Source: Malacoraja senta (Eukaryota). From it: a stretch of 64,000 nucleotides of DNA. Location: positions 6,386,001 to 6,450,000 of the forward strand of contig CM075991.1 in the NCBI GenBank assembly GCA_038087875.1. Reading direction: 5' to 3'. The stretch's first letter is position 1. Every line of letters begins with the position of its first letter. Below, one piece after another: positions 26,122 through 40,881 of this stretch. Both the position numbers and the translations under genes were made by a program. The notes under the pieces were generated by a model. That model saw only the letters and a program-made list of their open reading frames with translations, did no database searches and was not told the DNA's origin.

Positions 26122-26513
26122 TCAATTATGTCAAGTTGTTAATGTAAGACCACCAATAATTGGCAAGAACGTGATAAGGAAACGCAGCCTGTTTGGAAGT
26201 TGTGCCCCCTTCTAAAATTCCAATCAGCAACTCGAAACCAGAGCTGGACCCTAATGAGCATTTCTGTGCTTGCATTTCCTGAAATGTTCATTGTTCAGGT
26301 TTGGAAGATACCATGGGAAAGTTTGGCCTGGGGCGCCGAAGAGGTGTTGCTGAGGAAGCGATCTCAAGGAAACAATCAATTAGCAAGAGGTTAAAGGAAA
26401 TACCTCATCACTACAAAACATTCGCTGCTCACCACGTACATGTCACGTTTCTAATGAGGGCAGCATTTTATTAGACTGCTAAAGCTAAAAAACGAACCAA
26501 CAAATGGTGTTGT

Positions 26514-26717
26514 GTAGGAAGGAACTGCAGATGCTGGTTTAAACCGAAGATAGACACACAAAGCTGGAGTAACTCAATGGGCCAAGCAGCATCTCTTGAG
26601 AAAAGGAATAAGTGATGTTTTGGGTCAGAACCCTTCTTCAGAGGGTTACAGCCTATTCCATTTCTCCAGAAATACTGCTTGACCCATTGAGTTACTCCAT
26701 CTTTTTGCGTCTATCTT
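26514..26717. mobile_element. Penelope-derived fold-back unit with TSD
   Basis: 16-bp TSD CAACAAATGGT(G/A)TTGT (26498-26513, 26718-26733). Confidence 0.88.
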
Positions 26718-29029
26718 CAACAAATGGTATTGTAACCACAATGTGTGGATTTTAGAATATGCATGACAATATATTAAGTTCTCGATTAATAATAAATAAC
26801 ATTAAAAGTAAGTTTTGGTCACATTCCAAACCATAGGTATGCTATATTTTTTTTTATCATTTTAAGTTGAGGTAGATATTTAATGTAGCTAATTCCGATT
26901 TATATTTATAATTGATCAGTTCATCTATATTTTTAAATCATAAAGACACTGGAACAAGCATTCATCCAAATGAATTGGGACTGACCCAACATTGAAAGGC
27001 CTATGATTCTTTAAACAAATATTTATTCAGACAAGGAACCAGCGCTATGAGATGTATAGGCATGTTTGAACATGTAGAGACAAGGCAGAGCAGTTACCAA
27101 AATTTGGGCAAAGCATTGAACATTGCAAAGGGAATAATGGAATCTGGGATATATTATATAACTGAGGAGTTTGAATAATTCAGACACAGACGACTGTGTC
27201 TTGGAATGCAAGTTAAAAGCTGGTATGTGTCGGAACTGCAGATGCTGGTTTACACCGAAGATAGACACAAAATGCTGGAGTAACTCAGCAGGACTGGCAG
27301 CATCTCTGGGTAGAAGGAATGGATGACATTTGCGGTCCAGACCCTTCTTGAGACAGCTAGTATCTCGTTGAAAATCGATCCCACTTTATTATTTGATATC
27401 TTGAAATGTTGCAGACTGGAATCTCATTCATGGCTGCAGAACCTTTATAGATTAAGTGAATAATATCTGGGAATAGGTTGCAGGCTGCAGTTTAATTTAG
27501 AAGGTTAGACCATTAATAAACTGAGTGAGCTCAGCATTAAATTTATTAAGTGGTTCAGATATTTCATATACGGTATAATGGATAGCGAGGAGCAAATTGA
27601 AGGTTGTAAATATTTTGTCTCACAATATATAACTATAATTTGCAGATCAAAGTAATAATTGAATTAAAAACATATTTATCTTTCATTTATTTCACAGATT
27701 CACATGTGTTGGAATTATTTTGAATACATTGGAACAAATCATGACAATTTATTCAGATTTAGTACATTCTGGCATATATATTTAATGCATTTGTTTAACA
27801 CTGCATGGTTATAATTTAAAAAAAAAGATGTGTTAAGTTTTGGGGGTAATTTCTAAACTAAACTAAACGAAACAGATGGGAATATGATGGGGCATTTGAT
27901 CACATATACCCATGAAGCTCTGATTCAAAGGATCTATAACCAATTCTTACAACCAGTACTGTTAAACTTTTAACTTGTGATAGTCACAGCAGCTGAAAAT
28001 GACCATTTCACTAAATAACTATCAATGAAGGCAAAAAGCAATTATCCTAAAATGGGTGTTGCAGAGCATAGGAGAAAGATCCAGGAAAAATCCCGATGCG
28101 TGAACAGAGAATGATAAGAATAGAGAAGATACATTTTTGTAACAGATGAAGACGGACTCAGTAAAGATTTGGGACTCCAATTAGGTGCTGGAATGAGCAG
28201 AGTTTATTCATCACTTGATCAACAAACATGTCACTTAGGGTTGAAATCTCATGTTATGAACTTTGTGGTTCAATAACGTACCATTCCTTTCCTTCAGATC
28301 GGCATAATTCAGTGCAGAGCTTTATGAATTCTTTCACCCCCTTGAGTCAAAAATTGAAGGCAGGATATTTAGTTTTAGAGATGCAGCAGGAAACAGCTCA
28401 TTCAGCCCTAGTTCACATAGTTTTATATTATCCCACTTTCCCGTCCACTATACATTAGGAGCAATAACCTACTGACCCGCACGTCTATGGGACGTGAGAG
28501 GAAACCAGAGCTCCTGGAAGAAACCCATTGCGGTGACAGGGAGAACGTGCAAACTCCACACAGACAGCACCGGAGATCAGGATCGGACATGGGTCTTTGG
28601 CGCTGTGAGGCAGCGATCTACTGAAAGGAATTCAATGTGAAGCTCTTGGTTTGTGGAAATGAATAGTTTAATCCTCATGATTTATACACCTCGTTCTCTT
28701 GACAGGATCCAGTCAGTTGTCACCTGATTGTATAGTGAATAGAGCATCTTGATCAGATGCCAGTTGATACTGAAGTCCTCAGTCTGTAGAATAAGTCATT
28801 GAAATAGTTGTGATAGATTTTTTGTTTGGTGGTCAGGCCTGATTCTGAAATGGTAGCACAATGTTGCATGGTAGCACAATGTGCAAGTTACTAGATGAGC
28901 CCAAGAGTTCTGGAACAATGATTCAGAAAGAGTTTGAATTCCACCAAGGCAGCTGAACATTTTATATTCAAGGCAGTAAATATATTAAGAGTTTAAAAAT
29001 AACAAAAACTACCCAACTATCTACCATGT

Positions 29030-29191
29030 ATAGATACAAAAGGCTGGAGTAACTCAGCAGGTCAGGCAGTATCCCTGGAGAAAAGGAATAGATGAGGTTT
29101 TGGATTGAGACCCTTCTTCAGACTGTCTGAGTTACTCCAGCCTTTTGTGTCTGTTTTCAGTTTAAACCAGCATCTGCAGTTCCTCCCTACA
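29030..29191. mobile_element. Penelope-derived fold-back unit
   Basis: Inverted arms; TACCATG on both flanks. Confidence 0.8.
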
Positions 29192-30151
29192 TATGTACCA
29201 TGCACAAACCTTTTTGGTACACAATATTATCAAGGGAAAGAAATTTGCCCTCTTCAAATAATCTAGTCTATTTATGTCTAACCAGAGCCACTATCTGGTC
29301 ACTCAATTCATGGGCAATTAAGAACAGACAATAAATGTGGCTCATTCTGTTACACTGTATCCTGTGAACAAATAAACAAAAACAAATCCACATCAAAGAT
29401 TTTTGGTTGAACTTAAGCCCAAGATTAAGCCTTGAAATCGGAGCATAATGTCCTTCTTAGTACAGATAAGGAATGAATCATGAGGGTAGGGAACAGCTGA
29501 AAATAGTCATTGAAAGTTTGGAAAGGATTGGGCACGTTGACTGGTGGTGTTGTTAGGAAACTGATGAGGATTTGGTTATGTCTAATCTTCCATCTCCTAA
29601 GGAAGGAAGGTGGAACAGAGATGGAAGAATAAACATATTCTTGGAAAAAAAATAGATGTAAGCAAAGGATTGAAAGCGGAGCGTAGAGGTGTGAGAAGTG
29701 ATGGAGTAAACATAATTAGAATGGCGATAGAGGAATAAACGCAATGATTGGTCAGAGACTGAAGAGTAAATGTACTGAGATGACTCAAAGTCCCATGAGT
29801 TGTCTCATTTTCCTGCCCCACCAAACCTGGCCAAATGGCAGATGGAAATTTCCATCTCTTTCCAGCTTGTTTGGTCAGTTATCCAAATGGCCAAAAAAAA
29901 GGCTGGCTGATTTGCATGCCCCCAACCTTGTCATTCCTCCAGTTTCCCTCTCCCCTGACTCTTGGTCTGAAGAAGGGTCTTGACCCAAAACGTCACCTAT
30001 TCTTTTTCCCCAGATATGCTCCCTGACCTTCTGAGTTACTCCAGTATTTTGTGTCTACCTCTGTCGCGGAATAGAGGTGGCATTCCATGGCAATGTGACA
30101 ATGATAAATAACAGCAATTAACTATTTAAGATTACAACATGATTTTTTAAA

Positions 30152-30690
30152 AACTTTTTTTTTAAAAATATTTTTATTTTATTAGAAGTAAGTACAATTG
30201 TATACAATCATATTTTCATAATACCTTTTATGTACAGCTTCTTATTTAAAAAAAAATTTGTAATAAAGAAGAAAAAGAAAAAAGTTAGATAATGAAAAAT
30301 AGAAAAATGTGAGATATATAGTGTGTGAAAAAGAAAAATAAAGAATGAAAAAAGAAAGTTGAGACATAGAAAATAGAAGAAAGAGAATAAAAGAAGAGAA
30401 GAGAAGAAAAGAAAATAGGAGATCATTTATAATCTTGACCATCCGCAGTCACGGATTAGCTTTTACACCTGTTTTGCACCATATGTTTCCAAAAAGACGA
30501 CAAATGGAGACCAACTCGTTATGAATTGGTCAAATTTATCTATTAGGAGGAATCGCATTTCCTCAAGATGTGCAATATCCAACATACTTGCAATCCACAT
30601 TTTGAGCGTTGGTATTGGTGTATTTTTCCAAAATTTCAATATTAATTTTTTTGCTATTATTAAACAACATGATTTTTTTGGTTTCATTTT
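30152..30690 (-). mobile_element. L1-clade LINE 3' fragment
   Basis: LIIAKKLILKFWKNTPIPTLKMWIASMLDIAHLEEMRFLL matches the other L1 copies; poly-T tail on plus at ~30155. Confidence 0.85.
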
Positions 30691-31029
30691 TATTGTTTTG
30701 CCTCCAACCGCTTCAGATCATTGACTCTTGTTTGCCAATTGTCTTCCTGAATCCCAAACGCCAACGACTATCCTCTCTGAGCATAATCGCCGGAGGGGTT
30801 AAAGAACTCTCTGACCATGGCAGCTGAGGTGGACCTTAACTTAATCTATGAGTTCCTTGCTAGCTCCATCAAATTTACACTCCATCATACATATCAGAAG
30901 ATCCTAGGTTTTATTTTGGGACTTCATTCAATCAATTGATCTTCTCAAGGCTATCAAAGAATCATTAAAACCATCTCCCAATGGACTGGCCAATCTCTGA
31001 ATATGCTGGCCAATATACATATTAGATTG

Positions 31030-31168
31030 TGTAGGAAGGAACTGCAGATGCTGGTTTAAACCGAAGATAGACCTGAAGAAGGGTTTGACCCAAAACGTCA
31101 CCCATTCCATCTCTCCAGTGATGCTGCCTGTCCCGCTGAGTTACTCCAGCATTTTGAGTCTATCTTCA
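31030..31168. mobile_element. Penelope-derived fold-back unit with TSD
   Basis: 13-bp TSD ACATATTAGATTG (31017-31029, 31169-31181); CTGAAGAAGGGTTTGACCCAAAACGTC core. Confidence 0.88.
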
Positions 31169-32029
31169 ACATATTAGATTGCCTAGTTATTTATCATTGC
31201 TGTTGCCTTGTGCAAATAGGCTGCTGTATTTTCAAGGCACGGATTCGTACGGCACGGAAACAGGCCCGTTGGCCCAACTTGCACATGGCAACCAAGATGT
31301 CCCACCTAGACTTGTCCCACCTGCCTGCATTTGTCCCATATCTCTATAAACCTTTCCTATCCATGCACCTGTCCAAATGTCTAGTACTTGCCTCAACTCC
31401 CTGCTCCGCAAGCTCATACCCGCCAGCATACGTGGGAAAAAGTCGCCCCTCAGGTTCCTATTAAATCTATCCCCTCTCTCCTTAACCTTATGTCCTCTAG
31501 ATCTGTTTTCCTCTTGGTATAAGCTTCTGTGCATTCACCCTATATATTCCCCTCACGAATTTATACACCTCTATAAGATCACTTCCCAGCCTCCTGCATT
31601 TTACAGATTAAAGTCCTAGCATGTCCATATAGGGATATATAGGGATGTCCTTATAGGGACATAGTCTCCCTATAACTCAGGCCCTCAAATCCTGGCAACA
31701 TCCTTATAATCCTTTCCATCTTAAACAATATTGTCAACATTCTTATAGTCATTTATTGGCTAAATTACAAAGCTATTTAAAGAACTGAGCAAGTCATTCC
31801 AGGTACTTGTTTTGTTAGTGAAAGTAGTGAGACGATTGTGTTTTAAGGATTTTCTATTTATTTTTTATTTTATGTATACCTCTTTTGAGATCCACGCACT
31901 AAAATAAATAATGAGGAATTGCTAAGGTGCAGAATCACATGAAATGTACATTTGAATCATATGGAAGACACATTGAAAGTCACGGACTTTTACAGAGTGT
32001 TTTTTAGGGGGCCATCTCTTTTATTGGTG

Positions 32030-32206
32030 TTCTCCCCCCTCCCTCTTCTCCCCCCTTCCCTTTATCCCCTTCCCCCCTGACCCCATTCCCTTCCCCCCTC
32101 CTCCTCTCCCCCTCCTCCTTCCCATCCCCACTCCCCTTTTCCCCCTCCTTCCTCCTCCATTTCCTCCTGACTCCCTTCCCCTCCTCCCACCTCCCACCTC
32201 CTCCAC
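32030..32206. repeat. Polypyrimidine/polypurine low-complexity tract
   Basis: ~175 bp almost only C/T on plus, with many G-runs on minus. Confidence 0.9.
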
Positions 32207-32676
32207 CATTTGTGGTGGTGTGGATAAGACAAGACTATTTTTCTGGTGGGTTGGATCAGTCAAGAATATTAACTGGCTGCTAGGCTTCTGACACAGGACA
32301 ATAAAACAAATGCCACTGTCCGAGATATCAAGAGACAGACAGTGAAACACAAAGACAAATTTTCAATGGTGGCTCACGGCAAATGGCATTTTATCTGCAT
32401 TGGTTCCCCTGTCCACTGGTCATTTAAAGAATTTTGTAATTTCAGTGTGGATCCTTTCTGCAATCGCACCTTTTCATTTACAATTATAAAATTTTCACGA
32501 TTCCTTAACAGCAATCATGTTTTTATATGGATTCCATTAACCATAGAGGTTGGCCTGATCACAATGGGAATCAAAGTTGTGAGTACAATCAATTAATGTG
32601 CAGATATAATCAGGTGTTTCTGCCAGATAATTTGGACTGAAATTGGTTGTTCAATGAAAACAGCATAGATTCACAT

Positions 32677-32810
32677 GTCTGAAGAAGGGTCTCGACCCAA
32701 AACGTCACCTATTCCTTTTCTCCAGAGATGCTGTCTGACCCGCTGAGTTACTCCAGCGTTCTGTGTCTATCTTCGGTTTAAACCAGCATCTGCAGTTCCC
32801 ACCAGCACAT
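32677..32810 (+). mobile_element. Penelope-derived single terminal repeat with hammerhead core
   Basis: CTGAAGAAGGGTCTCGACCCAAAACGTCACC; GATTCAC(A/T)TGT on both flanks. Confidence 0.82.
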
Positions 32811-33404
32811 TGATTCACTTGTGATCAAATAGTGCGTTGTTAATCCACGCATGGGTCAAGTTTAGTCTTTGATTGTTTAGTGTCCAGTGATGTGGATGCA
32901 GGAGGGAGCAGTTTTCAGGGAGTTAAATGTTTGAGGTCCTGTATTATTCACTTTTTTTTCCCTTTTTTGCTGTGATAGATTTTTATTCTTCCGATTGGAA
33001 CAGTCTATGATTTAGGAATAACCCTCTTTTATTCCCCTTTAAATATGAAAACCAAACCGCATCAGCCAAGACTCGTAGTTCCTGTGTGAATTCCACACCC
33101 AGCAATGTTGGTTAAATGATCAAATATAATTCTAAGGCAGGGCAAGGAAGGAGGCAAAGTATAGACAAAACAATCAGAAGGTTTGAGTGAGCAGTACAGT
33201 GAAGAAAGTAAATGGTACAACAAAGACTTTGGTTCTGTGTCTAGGTTACTCTAGTTGGAAACATTGTACATTCATGCCTTTCTCTGGAACCGGACTAATC
33301 TAAGAAATTATGTCAGATCTGGATGATGGACACAGCTTCTAAAATCTGTGCTCTTTTCTTAGACTTACTGGCCTCATGATCTTGGAATCCACCAAATTCA
33401 CAGA

Positions 33405-34000
33405 GAAATCTACAGAAGGCTCTGGAGGCCAAGTCAATTGATATTTTTAAGGCAGTGATAGATAGATTCTTGATTAGTACGGGTGTCAGGGGTTTTGGGG
33501 AGAAGGCGGGAGAATGGGGTTAAGAGGGAAAGATTGTTCACCCATGATTGAATGGTGGAGTAGACTTGATGGGCCGAATGGCCAAATTCTGCTCCTATCA
33601 CTTATGAACTTAATTTGTCAAGTTTGTGGTTTGTGTACGCATCTCGTGACTTTCTGAATTCCATTAACTGATCTGTCATAGTCATAGTCATAGAGTGATA
33701 CAGTGTGGAAACAGGCCCTTCGGCCCAACTTGCCCACATCAGCCAACATGTCCCAGCTACACTGGTCCCACCTGCCTGCGCTTGGTCCATATCCCTCCAA
33801 ACCTGTCCTATCCATGTACCTGTTTAACTGTTTCTTAAACGTTGGGATAGTCAAAGCCTCAACTACCTCATCTGGCAGCTTGTTCCATACACCCACCACC
33901 CTTTGTGTGAAAAAGTTACCCCTCAGATTCCTATTAAATCTTTTCCCCTTCACCTTAAACCTATATCCTCTGGTCCTCGATTCCTCTACTCTGGGTAGAT
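33405..34000. mobile_element. Two tail-to-tail CR1 fragments (+ 33405-33610, - 33675-34000)
   Basis: SRTRGYRFKVKGKRFNRNLRGNFFTQRVVGVWNKLP and CR1 3'UTR motifs. Confidence 0.85.
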
Positions 34001-35139
34001 GTGCATTGTTTGGGAGGGGACCCATATAAATGGTGGTGGAAAAACTGTGGTCAGCACAGAGGCTCAGCTGTGCCTCACAGTGCCAGGTTCGATCCTAACT
34101 ACGGGTGCTGTCTGTGCGGAGTTTGTACATTCTTCCCTTGACCGCGTGGATTTCATCTGGGTGCTCCAGTTTCCTCCCACATTCCAAAGCCGTGCAGAAT
34201 TATAGGTTAATTGGCTTCTGTAAATTACCCCTAATATGTGGGGCATAGAACTAGTGTATGTGCTTTGGAATGGTAGGCAGGGACTTGGTGGGCCGAAGGG
34301 CCAGTTTCCACATTGTATCTCTAAAACTAGAACTGTTGGGCTGAATGACCCTTTTTGTGAAAATGCTTCATAAAAATAGGTGATGATGAATTTTCACCAA
34401 TAACAAAGTAAATATATTTGAACTCAGCCCATGGCCCCCACTCTCTGTCTTGCCACCATCTGACTGTCCTACACTCTCTGGACTCTGTCCACTGAACCAC
34501 TCCCTTCCAGCGGGGTCGATCCACCTAACCCACCGAGGCAATCAAAATCAAACGCAAAGGGGCAGACTTTGGAACGAGAGAAAGGCAAAGCAAGAGGGAG
34601 CCAGCAGACACACACAACAACATTTGTTTAGTACTGCGGCTCATTTATGACCAGCTAAGGTTTGAAGTTTGTATTTGTCAGCCAATGACTGCCCTCATAA
34701 TTGTGGTATCACCCCCTCATTTTGCCAGGGTCTCTTTATTGGCCAGACAAGGGCTGATCCCTGAGTCTGTGCAATATTTGCTCCACTTGCAAACAGTTTA
34801 CCAAACTGGTCAAGACATTTAACTGAGGCAGGTGCATAGACTCGGGGTAAACAGTATACCTCGCCCTATATCATTACTAGTGCACACCACAAATTGACAA
34901 AAACCCAAATTCAGTAAATACAGATATTGTCAAACTAAAATGTGTCAAACGCTGACTATGAACCCATGGATCCATTGCCCCTTTGTGTATCCTAGTCACT
35001 GCTTTCTTCCCTGCAATCTTGGTCAATTCTCTATTTTAATAGCATTATTTAATAGGTTGGAAAAGGATATTTTTTTTTCCTAACTCTCTGCCTCATACGG
35101 TGTGCACCTTCTCATGAATTATGCTCTCCTCCCTACTTA

Positions 35140-35648
35140 AGTTAGACACAAAAATCTGGACTAACTCAATGGGTCAGGCAGCATCTCTGGAGAAAAAGAA
35201 AAGGTGATGTTTTGGGTCAAGATCGTTCTTCAGACAGAGAGTCAGGGGGAAGGGAACCGAGAGGTATAGATGGTACAGAGAACAAAAGATATGCAAAACG
35301 CGACAATGGTCAAGGAAAGGCAGAGTCCACAATGGTCCATTGTTGGCTGTGTGGTAGATGATAACGAGTTCTACAGAGAGTGAAACTCAACGGGACGACA
35401 GTGAAACTTACACGACGTGAAGGGTGGGGGAGGGCGGAGAGAGAGAGAAAAGGGTGGTTAGTTTGTGTGACGATCACCCCCCTCCCCCACCCTGGTCGTC
35501 GTACTAGTTTCACTGTCTGTATAACTCGTTATCACCTACCTTGAAGTTAATGAAGTGTGAGAAATCAATTCTCATACCACTGGGTTGTAAGCTGCCCAAG
35601 CGAAATATGAGGTGCTGTTCCTCCAATTCGCATTGGCCTTCACTCTGA
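35140..35648 (-). mobile_element. Penelope-like element 3' fragment
   Basis: Same GIY-YIG tail and terminal repeat; CCTCCCTACT duplicated at 35128-35137 and 35649-35658. Confidence 0.85.
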
Positions 35649-38539
35649 CCTCCCTACTGACCTGGACTCATTTCTGCTCTAAACTATTCTTTAAGTAAAA
35701 TTTCACGGCAATAGAATATCTCTGCTTCAATCTACAACTTTTTAATGTTAAAGCCTGCCAAGTGTGGCATCCTAAAAGCCTGATGTACCAGCATCTGATA
35801 GAGCCATGTTGCATTCTCAACTGTTCAGCACTGGGTGTCACTGTTGGACAATCTCACCCTTCTGGCTTCAAACTGGTCATTACAGTAATAAGGATTATTC
35901 AAGGCATGCTATGTAAAATAATGGTTCCATACGCAAGGCAAGGAAATGTATATCCCACATTCAAGGGCAGAGTGTCACAGAGTCATACAGCACAGAATGG
36001 GGCTTTCCATTCTAGGACATCCGAGATTATCTTTGGGTAACCTCTAACAACCTCCCCCCACCTTCCACATCTCCTTCACACTCTTCTTTCTTTCTCCCCT
36101 TCTCCCCTGTGCCCCCCCCTGGACGTGCACCAATGCCCCCCCCCTCACCCCACCCTCCACCCTCCAGCCCATTCCTTCCTCTAGCTTCACAATTCGCAAC
36201 TCTTCTATATTTTTGTTTCACACATTCTATTTTTTTTAAGTCCAAAGTCTCTGGCAGCTCATTCCATGCACCAACCACCCTCTGTGTGAAGAAGCTGCCC
36301 CTCGTCTTCCTATTTAAATCTTTCCTCTCACACCTTAAAACTATCCCTCCTGTTCTAAATTCCACAACTACTGGTGGAAAAAATACTTTGCGCATTTACC
36401 TATCTATACCTCTCAGGATTTCACACACTTCTGTAAGACCACCACTCTTTCTTCTCCGCTCCAAAGGAATATTATCCCGGGTTGAAACTCATGGTTGTGT
36501 GCACAATTAGTTGTGTGCACTGTTCAAGAACCTGATGGTTGCTGGGAATAAGCTACACTTAACCCTGGTGGCCATGGTATTTAGGCTCCTGTACCTTCTT
36601 CCCGATGGGAGGATTGAACTGAAAGTGTGGTCAGGGTGGTGCGGGACTTTGATATTGGCAATCAATGGTGATTTTTATTTTTTGCTTACTGTATGTAGAA
36701 AGGGAACAAAATAAGAGGCCAGATATGGTGGCACAGTGGTGCAGCTGTAGAGTTGCCACCTTACAATGCCAGAGACCCGGGTTTGATCCTGACTACCAGT
36801 GCTGTGTATACGGAGTTTTACGTTCTCCCCGTGACCTGCGATGATTTTCTCCGAGATCTTCAGCTTCCTCCCACACTCCAAAGACGTACAGGTTTGTAGG
36901 TAATTGGGTTGGTATAAATGTAAAATTGTCCCTAGTGTGTGTAGATTAACGTTGATGTGTGGGGATCGCCCGTCAGTTCGGCGGGCCGAAGGGCCTGCTT
37001 CCACGCTGTATCTCTAAACTAATCTCTAATCTGCTAACAGAGAAAGCAGCCTTAAACTTTGCCCGTTGAATGCACCGAGACCTCTGTTGTTTAAATTTAC
37101 CGAAGAGGAACCACTTCCTCAGTTGGGCTGGTTGACCTCATCTTCCAGCCAGCTCAGAAGGCAGGATTTTGCTCGATCTTCTTTTATGATTAATATTTGC
37201 CAAAGTTACTAACTATGTTTGAATAATCCACCAAACGTCTGATGCAGTGGTCAGAGTGTCTGCATGCTCACTTTTCACATTTCTAGGAATGTTACATACT
37301 TTTTATCAAAACGCTCTTGAATTAAATGGTTCAAATTCCTACCGAGCCTTTAGTTACCCAGTTCCCAAAGATATTGAACTCTCTATCTCTTTTCTAAAGT
37401 TTTCCCACTCTCATCTCACCTCTTCCCAACTAGTCTCCAATTTGTTCTTTGGTGGACCCCACTCTCCATGTCCCCCCTCCTCTCCATGTCCCCCCTCCTC
37501 TCCAAACCTTCCCCTGATGATTCCCTACTCTGATTGCTCCCACTTTGTCTGCCTTTGCTTCTCACTGATAATGTCACTCCCTGATAACTTCTTCTCAACC
37601 AGGTCCATCACAATTCAATTTCCACTCTCCTGCTCTCCTTGGTTGCCATTCTCTGAGACTCTTCCTTATAAAGTCTTATACCTTGGATCTCTTAGTATTA
37701 AGTTAATTCATGTCACAGGGAGAAGGTACAAACTCTGCATAGGCAGCACCTCTGGTCAGGATTGAACCCGTCTCCAGGTTCTCCGGCACTGTAAGGCAGC
37801 AATTCAACACTGCGCCACTGTGCCACCCCGAAATATTCTGAGCACCCCCGCTCCTTCTGACATATTAAACCAAGTTCTCTTCTTCCACTGCATTACTTGT
37901 TCTGTAGAGGTTCATGGATAGGAAAAGTTTATAGTGATAGTGGCCAAATGCGGGCAGGTGGGACTGGCGTTATGGTCAGCATGGGCAGGTTGGGCCGAAT
38001 GGCCTGCTACTGTGCTCTAATGACTCTGCCGCTATCTAAGAGGATCAGGAAAATTCTCTCTAAACATTTATCCCTCCCTCTCCAATGACAGGTTATCTGG
38101 CCATCAAAACATAGCTGCTTATTGGATCATCATCTGTGCCTATGTTGCCAGGATGGGGACATTAAAGGTGCTTACTAGGTTGTAGATACTTTGATGACTA
38201 GGGGTTGTGAAGGGTGCTGTAAAATTCCATCATTCTTTCCATGATTTTCCTGAATGTGGCTTTTGATGGATCAGGATCGTACATTCATGGTTTGACCAGA
38301 TCAAATGATCTCATCCTGAAACACTCATAGTGTGCGGGGCACACATATTAAAAAAAATCCATGAGTTCATTTCATGAGTGGGTAACGTTCAATGTGACGG
38401 GCACATTATTATAGACGTGTGTTATACTTTAGACAGCCACTGGGTGTCAGATATGGCCTCTGAAACCACACGGTGTACATTTACTTCACCAGTTCCGACA
38501 ATGACCACAAGCTTTTAAAACCGTTAAAACACACACACA

Positions 38540-38782
38540 CACAAAGTGCTGGAGTAACTCAACGTCTCAGGCAGCATCTCTGGAAGACATGGATAGTTCA
38601 TGCTTTGGCTTAGGACTCAACGATAGGAAATGGAAACCGAAGAAGGGCTTCTATCCAATCTGTATGAGGAAGGGACACGACCCAAACATCACCTATCCAC
38701 GTCTCCGTAGATGCTGCCTGATCCACTGAATTATTCCAAAACTATTTTTTTAAACCAGTATCTGTAGTTCCTCATCTCTACA
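38540..38782. mobile_element. Penelope-derived fold-back unit, diverged
   Basis: Inverted arms of the same family. Confidence 0.75.
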
Positions 38783-39049
38783 TTTAAAGCAGTCGAGCAG
38801 GTTTTTGATCAAACTGACACGCAACTTTACGCTTGTTCAATTGTTCTAAAAACTGAGGAACAATCTATGGAGTGTGAAAAAGTCCAGTCAAAACTTCTTG
38901 TCTTAATGTTCCATTTCGTCCATAGTTTAATTTCCTATTTTTTTAACCTTCTATTACCCTCTGAAAATACTATGTTCGTCCTAATCTAGCCTCTTGTGCA
39001 TTATCAAAATCTCTGCATCCCTACTGAATTTTTAGTCAGCGAGATCCTT

Positions 39050-40881
39050 TTTTTTTTTATTTTTTTTTTTAAATAATTTTTTTAATAGAAGTACGGTAGA
39101 TTACAGTAATGTACAACACGTATATATTAATACATTTTTTGTACCGCTTCACTTTTTTAAACTTTAAGAAAGAAAAAGAAAGAAGTAAGAAAAGTGAAGA
39201 AAGTGCGCAAAGGTTGTGAAGTGCAAAAGAGTGTTGGGAAAAGAAAGCCCCTTAGAAAAGAAGTTAGAGAAGGAAGTAAAGTTAGAAAATAGACCCTAGA
39301 AAAGAAAGAGAAAGAAAGAAGGAACAATCGCTCTATTATAACTCTTATAACATACTTCATAGAGAAGGAACTACCAACCAAGTCTGTTTTTGTTTTACCT
39401 CCCATTACCAGGTCCAGATACCTTTTATTTATTTATTTGTTTTTCTAAATTACTATTGCACCTCATGCTTGTAATAGGTCCAAAAACGTAGACCACGTCT
39501 TTTGAAATTGGTCTACTTTGCCTACTAGGAGGAATCTCATCTCTTCCAGATGTAATGTTTCCAACATATTTGATGTCCACATTTTTATTGTTGGTGTGGG
39601 CGCATTTTTCCAGAATTTAAGTATAAGCTTTTTTCCCATTATTAGCCCATAATTGAGTAAATTCTTCTGATACACGTTTAATTCAGGAACACCTTCCGAT
39701 ATTCCAAAAATAATCCATTCTGGTTTTGGTACCAGTTTTATTTTGATTAATTTTGAAAAAATATCAAATATTTCAAACCAGAATTTTTGGATTTTTGTAC
39801 AAAAAACAAAAGAATGTGCTATGGTAGCTTCTTGACATATACATTTATCACAGATTGGTGAGACGTTAGGAAAGATTTTATTTAGTTTGGTTTTTGAATA
39901 ATATAATCTATGTAATGTTTTAAATTGGATAAGCGTATGTCGTACGTTGATCGAGCATTTATGCACCTGTAATAAATGATTATCCCAACTCTCTTTTGAA
40001 ATTTTTATACCTAGATCTTGTTCCCAATCTCTTCTAATTCCATCTGTTGTGGGTATTTCTATGTTTAAGATGATATTATATAAGTATGATATTAAATTAA
40101 CTGATTCCGCCTTTGTCTTCATTGCTTCATCTAGTAAGTCGGAAGGCATATTATAATAATCTTTTGTGTGTGTTTTCAAATAGTCACAGATTTGTAGATA
40201 TTTAAAATATTGATTATTTTTCAAATTATATTTCAGTTGTAGTTGTTGAAATGATAGTAATTTTTCTAATTCATACAGATCTTCGAGCGTTTTGATTCCC
40301 ATTCTTTCCCATTGTATAAATGATTTATCTATGATTGAAGGTTTAAACGATGGGTTATTGACTATTGGTATTAAGAGAGATAGGTTTCTTAATTTTAGAT
40401 TCTGTTTTATTTGCTTCCATGTTCTAATAGTGCTATATATAATTGGATTTTTATTATAATTTTTATTATTCAAATTTATTGGAGAGAGAATAATCGCTCC
40501 TATATTATTCGGGGAGCAATCCCCTTTTTCCATTATAATCCAGTCCACCTGCTGGGCAGAATTGTCCAGCAGGTGAATCATATTTTTAATATTTACTGCC
40601 CAGTTATAATACATAAAGTTAGGGAGCGCTAGACCCCCCAACTCTTTTCGTTTGTTAAGGTGTGTTCTTTGTATTCTGTGGGATTTGTAATCCCATATAA
40701 AATTTGTAATGTCTGAGTCCAGTTTTTTGAAAAACTTTTTTGGGAGATATATAGGTATTGATTGAAATAGGTAAAGGATTTGTGGTAAGAAAATCATTTT
40801 TATAGCATTTATCCTACCTATTAAGGACATCGGAAGTGTTTTCCAAAATTTAATCAAATTATTTAATTTCTTAAGTAGGGG
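39050..40881 (-). mobile_element. 5'-truncated L1-clade LINE (ORF2 C-terminus, 3'UTR, poly-A)
   Basis: Open frame (39463 onward) with SLIGRINAIKM.FLPQILYLFQSIP, ELGGLALPNF.YYNWA, CDKC...H...C; poly-T on plus at ~39048-39070; 16-bp TSD AGTCAGCGAGATCCTT (39034-39049, 40882-40897). Confidence 0.93.

Noticed and set aside
37247..37765. 172-aa ORF
   Set aside because: Low complexity, 18-bp tandem duplication, and runs into a SINE
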